In this document: piece by piece, positions 59,120 to 64,000 of the stretch
Layout: every line of letters begins with the position of its first letter
How positions within the stretch are numbered: position 1 is the first letter of the stretch
NCBI GenBank assembly: GCA_963758495.1
Contig: CAVWVI010000004.1
Span: forward strand, 96,001 to 160,000
Direction: 5' to 3'
Length of the DNA: 64,000 bases
Origin: Oligoflexia bacterium
Lineage (GTDB): Bacteria; Bdellovibrionota; UBA1018
Translations under genes and position numbers: made by a program
Notes under the pieces: generated by a model
Database searches by the model: none
Told to the model about the DNA's origin: nothing
The model's input: the letters and a program-made list of their open reading frames with translations, nothing else

Positions 59120-60526
59120 TTAGTCAGAAAGAACATTCGCAATTTCATTTGCGAAAAAGCTCCAATGATCCGTCTTCAAACTGGTTTTCATAAATCGAAA
59201 TTCTGAATTTACACTTGGCTCTTTTTGAGAATAATAGGCATCCCCAATAATCGACTGAGTCCAAAGTTCATCTTTTAATTTTAATAATTCTTGAAAATGC
59301 AGCAACTTTCCTTCATCAAGGTTTCCAAAATAAGGAAGAACTCTATCCTTAAAAAAAGATACAGATTGATCACAATATTTTTCAAAATTACAATAATACC
59401 TATCTATTGATTTAAGGTAATTTCCATTAATTTTATTAAAAAAATTACGTTCAATTTCTAAAAAATGATCTCTATAACTCTTTTCGGCATTTGATATTTC
59501 ATTTTTATAAAGCTGCCGAAGGTCAAAAAGGTGTTTCTTTATTTCACTTGCTATAGCCACTCTCTCGTTCAGTTGACTTTCTAAATCTAAAAAACTCGGA
59601 TCAATCATTTGCTTTTTACAAAGCTCTAAAATGCTACGCTCAGCATTCACATCGAGATGACTCACCGCCTTTTCCTGTGCCAGCCAATATTGCTGAGAAA
59701 GATCATACTGTTCGTTTAAATCCTTAACATAACTAGCCATATCCAAACTTGTCCAAACACTAGCTACAATTAGAGCGCCAACAGCACCTACAGCCCCTCC
59801 AACCGCTGCAGCGGAAGTCACCGAACTCAGCGCAGAACCTGCCGCCGCATTTCCAATCATTGCACCCCCTGCTGTCATGCAGGACCCAACAATATATTTC
59901 GGATCATTACTTCCACACCCAGATTGACATGAGACCTGTGAAATCGACTGACTTCCAGTATTAACTTCGGCATTCATATAAACAATAGGCTTACAGGATT
60001 CAACAGCATGCTCCATAACTGGAAAAAATAAAACTTTGGGCTCATATTGCTTTTTAATACTTTTCACTTTTTCTACGGAACAAAAGTGACTATGACCCTG
60101 TTTCAATTTTTCAAAATCAGAGTAAACTTTTTTCACGGTTTCGATTTCTCGCCCCAAGGCTGACTCAGCCAAAATCACCTGAGTCAGGGTTTCATTAAAA
60201 TCTTTTGAATAGGTAGCTAACTTAGACCGAGTAGAGTCCAAACCTGCTCGAAAGGAACTCAAAATACCTTCCGTCAGTTTCAGTCGGTTAGCAGAAAACT
60301 TTGACAACTCCACGTAGTCATGGAGCAACATCTGAAAATGATCTGAAATTGCCATATCATAAGACTTCTGGATTGTTTTTGGGAAGTCTTCGTTTAAACT
60401 TTGCAACTGTTTTCTTAACTCTTCTACTCCTCCTGCGAGGATCGGTGAGACTGGAAGGAAAAAAAAGATTATGAAAAGAAGTGACTTTAACCGGGTCACA
60501 CTTTCAAAAGCGATCACTTTCTTCAT
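59120..60526 (-). CDS. Exported coiled-coil protein with a central Gly/Ala hydrophobic hairpin
   Basis: Signal peptide; long amphipathic helices flank AGGAMIGNAAAGSALSSVTSAAAVGGAVGAVGALIVASVW. Confidence 0.72.
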   Translation of the reverse strand: MKKVIAFESVTRLKSLLFIIFFFLPVSPILAGGVEELRKQLQSLNEDFPKTIQKSYDMAISDHFQMLLHDYVELSKFSANRLKLTEGILSSFRAGLDSTRSKLATYSKDFNETLTQVILAESALGREIETVKKVYSDFEKLKQGHSHFCSVEKVKSIKKQYEPKVLFFPVMEHAVESCKPIVYMNAEVNTGSQSISQVSCQSGCGSNDPKYIVGSCMTAGGAMIGNAAAGSALSSVTSAAAVGGAVGAVGALIVASVWTSLDMASYVKDLNEQYDLSQQYWLAQEKAVSHLDVNAERSILELCKKQMIDPSFLDLESQLNERVAIASEIKKHLFDLRQLYKNEISNAEKSYRDHFLEIERNFFNKINGNYLKSIDRYYCNFEKYCDQSVSFFKDRVLPYFGNLDEGKLLHFQELLKLKDELWTQSIIGDAYYSQKEPSVNSEFRFMKTSLKTDHWSFFANEIANVLSD

Positions 60527-61713
60527 AAATTTGCTTCATTTCTATTTTTAATTTTTTCTAAAATAGAGTCATGCAAAAGAATAGCTTCATAAATATTAAC
60601 TTCTTTAACATCTCGTTCTTTTCTCATTTTTCTCAGCGTTTTAATATCAGCGATAACGTCATAGGGTGGATTATAAATATTAAAAAGAGTGGTTGATATA
60701 GGTCCCCAAGCCCCAGCATCCAAAAAAAACTCTGCTTCATGAATATAATCAGCTATCAAAGCACAGCCAGCTAAAAGTGGAGACTGAGTATTTTCAAGAT
60801 GTTCCCAATCAGAACATCGGTCTTTATAAGTAAGAATATTTTGATACATTTCATACCGAGCCTTAAGGGGAATTCCAGGCTTTTTTTCTACTTCTTGATG
60901 TTGAGCACGAGCAAAAGTTAGATTTAATTGATGAATCACCTCACCTACTTCTTCTACAAAACGAAGACTTTCATTATTGAGTCGCTTCTTTTCATCATAT
61001 TCTCTTTCCCATTCTTTGAATTCCTTCTCAAGAATACGATCCATACTTTTAGTAATCAGTTGAAACTGATCCTCAATTTCTGCTTGAACCTTGGCATTAA
61101 GAGCTTTGATTTCATCTACCATCAAATTAAGCTGATTCAGCACAGTCTGATTTAATCCTTTGAGATTTCTATTCTTTACAAACAAATCCGACACTTCATG
61201 AACACCCCTCTCAAACTCAATTTTAATTTGTGCTTGAGAAAAGTATAGCTTTTCAATTTTAAATTTTGATTGAATCAAATCTTCAGAAGTAACCGCTTCT
61301 TCTATTTTCTGAGCATGTGCTAGCACTTGTTTCCGCACCCTAGGATGAGCTACCAACAAATCTTCAAACCGATTCGTGAGTGTAGCTACACGCTTCTCCA
61401 AGTCATTTTGAATGCTATTTTCTTCTTCACTATTGTCATGGCCTAAATCAGCCTTCTTTTCTATCGACTCCGACTTCAATCTAATAGGGTTGACGGTAGC
61501 ATTTTCTTTGCACTCATCATTTCTAGACGTCCCATGACTCTTTTGATTATCTCCTGCTCGAGAATCGCTAGATTCTACAATCTGATCTATTTTGGCCGGC
61601 TCATGCTCTTCATCAGATCCAGACATAGGAGAAGTTGATTTTCCACAAGAAATAGAAATTATCCCAAAACAAATTATTATTACAAGTCTTGTAATAATAT
61701 CATTAGACTTCAT
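60523..61713 (-). CDS. Lipoprotein carrying a ~290-aa helical domain duplicated from the upstream gene
   Basis: ISISC lipobox; 4-bp overlaps with both neighbours. Confidence 0.75.
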   Translation of the reverse strand: MKSNDIITRLVIIICFGIISISCGKSTSPMSGSDEEHEPAKIDQIVESSDSRAGDNQKSHGTSRNDECKENATVNPIRLKSESIEKKADLGHDNSEEENSIQNDLEKRVATLTNRFEDLLVAHPRVRKQVLAHAQKIEEAVTSEDLIQSKFKIEKLYFSQAQIKIEFERGVHEVSDLFVKNRNLKGLNQTVLNQLNLMVDEIKALNAKVQAEIEDQFQLITKSMDRILEKEFKEWEREYDEKKRLNNESLRFVEEVGEVIHQLNLTFARAQHQEVEKKPGIPLKARYEMYQNILTYKDRCSDWEHLENTQSPLLAGCALIADYIHEAEFFLDAGAWGPISTTLFNIYNPPYDVIADIKTLRKMRKERDVKEVNIYEAILLHDSILEKIKNRNEANL

Positions 61714-64000
61714 AAACTAGCTTCTCTTTCTTTTTTAATTTTTTCTAAAATAGAGTCGTGTAGAAGAATCGCTTCATAAATACCGACTTCTTTAGTTTCT
61801 CGTTCTTTTCTCATTTTTCTCAGCACTTTAATGTCAGCAATCACATCGTTGGGCGGATTATAAATATTAAAAAGCGTAACTGACATAGGCCCCCAAGCCC
61901 CAGCATTCAAAAAAAATTCTGCTTCCTTAATGTAATCACCTATCAATGTACAGCCAGCTAAAAGTGGGGACTGAATATTTTCAAGATGTTTCAAATCAGA
62001 ACATTGGTCTTTGTAAGTAAGAATATTTTGATAAATCTCATAACGAGATTTAAGAGGATCTCCTGGTTTATTGCTCATTTCTTGACGCTGAATGGTATCA
62101 AAATTTAATTGATAAATCACTTCACCTACTTCATCGACAAAACGAAGACTCTCAATATTCTGTCGCTTCTTTTCATCGTATTTTTTTTCCCATTCCTTGA
62201 ATTGATTCGAAAGAATTCGATCCAAACTTTTGGAGATCAAGGAAAACTGACCTTCGATTTCCAATTGAACCTTAGAGTAATGACTTTTGATTTCCTCGAT
62301 TATCAGATTAAGCTTAGTGGGCACAGTCTGATTCAATCCCTTGAGGTTTCTATACTCTAAAAATAAATCCGACACTTCATGGGCACCCCTCTCAAACTCC
62401 ATTTTGATTTGTGCTTGAGAAAAGTAGAGTTTTTCAAATTTAAATTTTGATTGAATCAAATCTTTAATACTCACAGCTTCTTCTATTTTTTGAACATGTA
62501 CTGCGACTTGTTTCTGCGCCACAGGATGAGCGGTCAACAAATCAGCGAATCGCTCCATAAGTGCGTCTAACCGCTCTTGTAAATCCTTTTGAGTACTCTC
62601 TTCTTCTTCGGTAGCTTGAAACCCTGTATCTAACTTCACTTGAATGGGTTCTGACTTTAATCCAGGAGGAGCGACAGATTTAATTTCCGAGGTTAGAATC
62701 AGTTTAGAATCTATTTGCTGCGGATCACTTAAATCCACGTCACCATTACAAAGAGGAATTTCGAAATAGCTGCTCACATGAGCACTTAATTGAGGAAAGA
62801 GTTCTAACTTTGCGCGATTATATTCGACACAACGAAGAATGGCCTGTTCAAGTTCGTGACGAATGATTTTATTTATCTGATCATGTACCTGACTTTGAAG
62901 CTGCATCCACAGAGGCTTAGCCTCCGAAACATTCTTTATTTTTAAAACTTTTTCAATCAGCTCTGTAAGTATTGACAAATACTGTCTAGTTTTTGCCAAA
63001 ATGGTAACATCCAAGTCAGAATTCATCACATGCTGGGTTAATTTTCGTGTATTCAGCTCCCAGGAATCACGAATCAATTGCCGTAAACCCTCCTGAAGCT
63101 GAAATACTCTTTCTGATTGATGCCCAGAAGTTCCGATATTGAGTTGCTCAGTAGAATGAATGCGAGAAATTGACTCTTCGAAAAAAAACTTAAGGCTCCG
63201 TACAAAGCTAAAAGCAAACCACGACTCATGAACTTTTCTTCGCTCATTTTCCAGTAACTGAAATGAAATAAGAATTCCATTCTCAATCTGCTCCAGTTGA
63301 TTCTTAGAATGCTTTGTGTAAACAGAAAAGAATGGATCATCGTGCGATCGATTTAAACCTACCTCACCTAAGTCACCTTTACCTAGATTGCCTGGATCTG
63401 ATAAATCCTGAACACCCATTGGGCCATTAGAAATCTCCATATGATTCCATAAGAGACTAGCGGCATCACCCTTACCTCCTACACCTCCCCGACCCGGATC
63501 TCCTTTTAATCCAGGCTTACCCCCCTGACCTCCTAAACCTGGAAAAGAGTGCAAATGCCTTTTATCTAATTCTTTTAGCGACTGATTAGTCAAAAACACA
63601 AAAGGAATTGCACAGCCACCTTTTCCTCCTGTGCCGCCCTTTCCACCTCGACCCCCACGCCCTCCAGCACCTCCTCTACCCGCTGTACTAGTTGACCCAT
63701 TATAGGTCGCATGAGCTGGGCCACCCGGACCGCCATCACCGCCAGCACCCCCTTTTCCTCCAGTTCCTCCTACGCCACCGGATTGACCTTCGCAGATGAT
63801 CTTAGGTGTTCCCAAAACTTGTGCTGCAAAAAAGTAGATTGGCTTCGGATTTTTTTCACCATTCATCCCACAGTAGCCAGTTTCCCCATCATTTCCCGCA
63901 CCTCCCGCTACTCCATCATTACCAATCGAAGTGAGTTCATGATTCTTTATACCTAAAGGATGGACTCTTAAAGGAGTTGGAAGATTACTTTCCGTAGTCA
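61710..64000 (-). CDS. Large Gly-rich (GGxGGx/collagen-like) protein with C-terminal helical domain; 5' end lies outside the window
   Basis: The frame of ORF 61710..63866 stays open to position 64000 (checked by hand); GGxGGxGG and GxxGxxG tracts. Confidence 0.75.
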   Translation of the reverse strand, partial: TTESNLPTPLRVHPLGIKNHELTSIGNDGVAGGAGNDGETGYCGMNGEKNPKPIYFFAAQVLGTPKIICEGQSGGVGGTGGKGGAGGDGGPGGPAHATYNGSTSTAGRGGAGGRGGRGGKGGTGGKGGCAIPFVFLTNQSLKELDKRHLHSFPGLGGQGGKPGLKGDPGRGGVGGKGDAASLLWNHMEISNGPMGVQDLSDPGNLGKGDLGEVGLNRSHDDPFFSVYTKHSKNQLEQIENGILISFQLLENERRKVHESWFAFSFVRSLKFFFEESISRIHSTEQLNIGTSGHQSERVFQLQEGLRQLIRDSWELNTRKLTQHVMNSDLDVTILAKTRQYLSILTELIEKVLKIKNVSEAKPLWMQLQSQVHDQINKIIRHELEQAILRCVEYNRAKLELFPQLSAHVSSYFEIPLCNGDVDLSDPQQIDSKLILTSEIKSVAPPGLKSEPIQVKLDTGFQATEEEESTQKDLQERLDALMERFADLLTAHPVAQKQVAVHVQKIEEAVSIKDLIQSKFKFEKLYFSQAQIKMEFERGAHEVSDLFLEYRNLKGLNQTVPTKLNLIIEEIKSHYSKVQLEIEGQFSLISKSLDRILSNQFKEWEKKYDEKKRQNIESLRFVDEVGEVIYQLNFDTIQRQEMSNKPGDPLKSRYEIYQNILTYKDQCSDLKHLENIQSPLLAGCTLIGDYIKEAEFFLNAGAWGPMSVTLFNIYNPPNDVIADIKVLRKMRKERETKEVGIYEAILLHDSILEKIKKEREASL

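Overview
A ~40% GC bacterial chromosomal window, most likely from a Bdellovibrionota/Oligoflexia-type organism (inferred from gene content, not proven). Housekeeping genes include a CopA-like ATPase start, beta-carbonic anhydrase, pirin, msrB, an M13 peptidase, Hsp20, grpE, cyclophilin, yebC, an ABC-F ATPase, acs, and a classical menaquinone cluster (menFDBACE, menI, menG) with a divergent DAHP synthase and no menH. These are interleaved with accessory loci. (i) An AT-rich pair encodes a eukaryote-like cathepsin-L/ricin-B protease and a thaumatin-PT linker-CBM56-like protein broken by a frameshift in a hexamer repeat. (ii) An HNH endonuclease gene is bracketed by ~170-200 bp inverted repeats; a third partial copy brackets a ricin-B/MACPF-like gene and a coupled zinc metalloprotease gene. 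(iii) There are several broken toxin-antitoxin or nuclease genes. (iv) At the right end, a tightly coupled operon of exported proteins (Gly-rich protein, lipoprotein with a duplicated domain, coiled-coil protein with a hydrophobic Gly/Ala hairpin, small exported protein) ends in a polymorphic-toxin-like gene and a CPCC immunity-like gene. This operon is the best candidate for an undescribed system. No rRNA, tRNA or CRISPR array was recognised.
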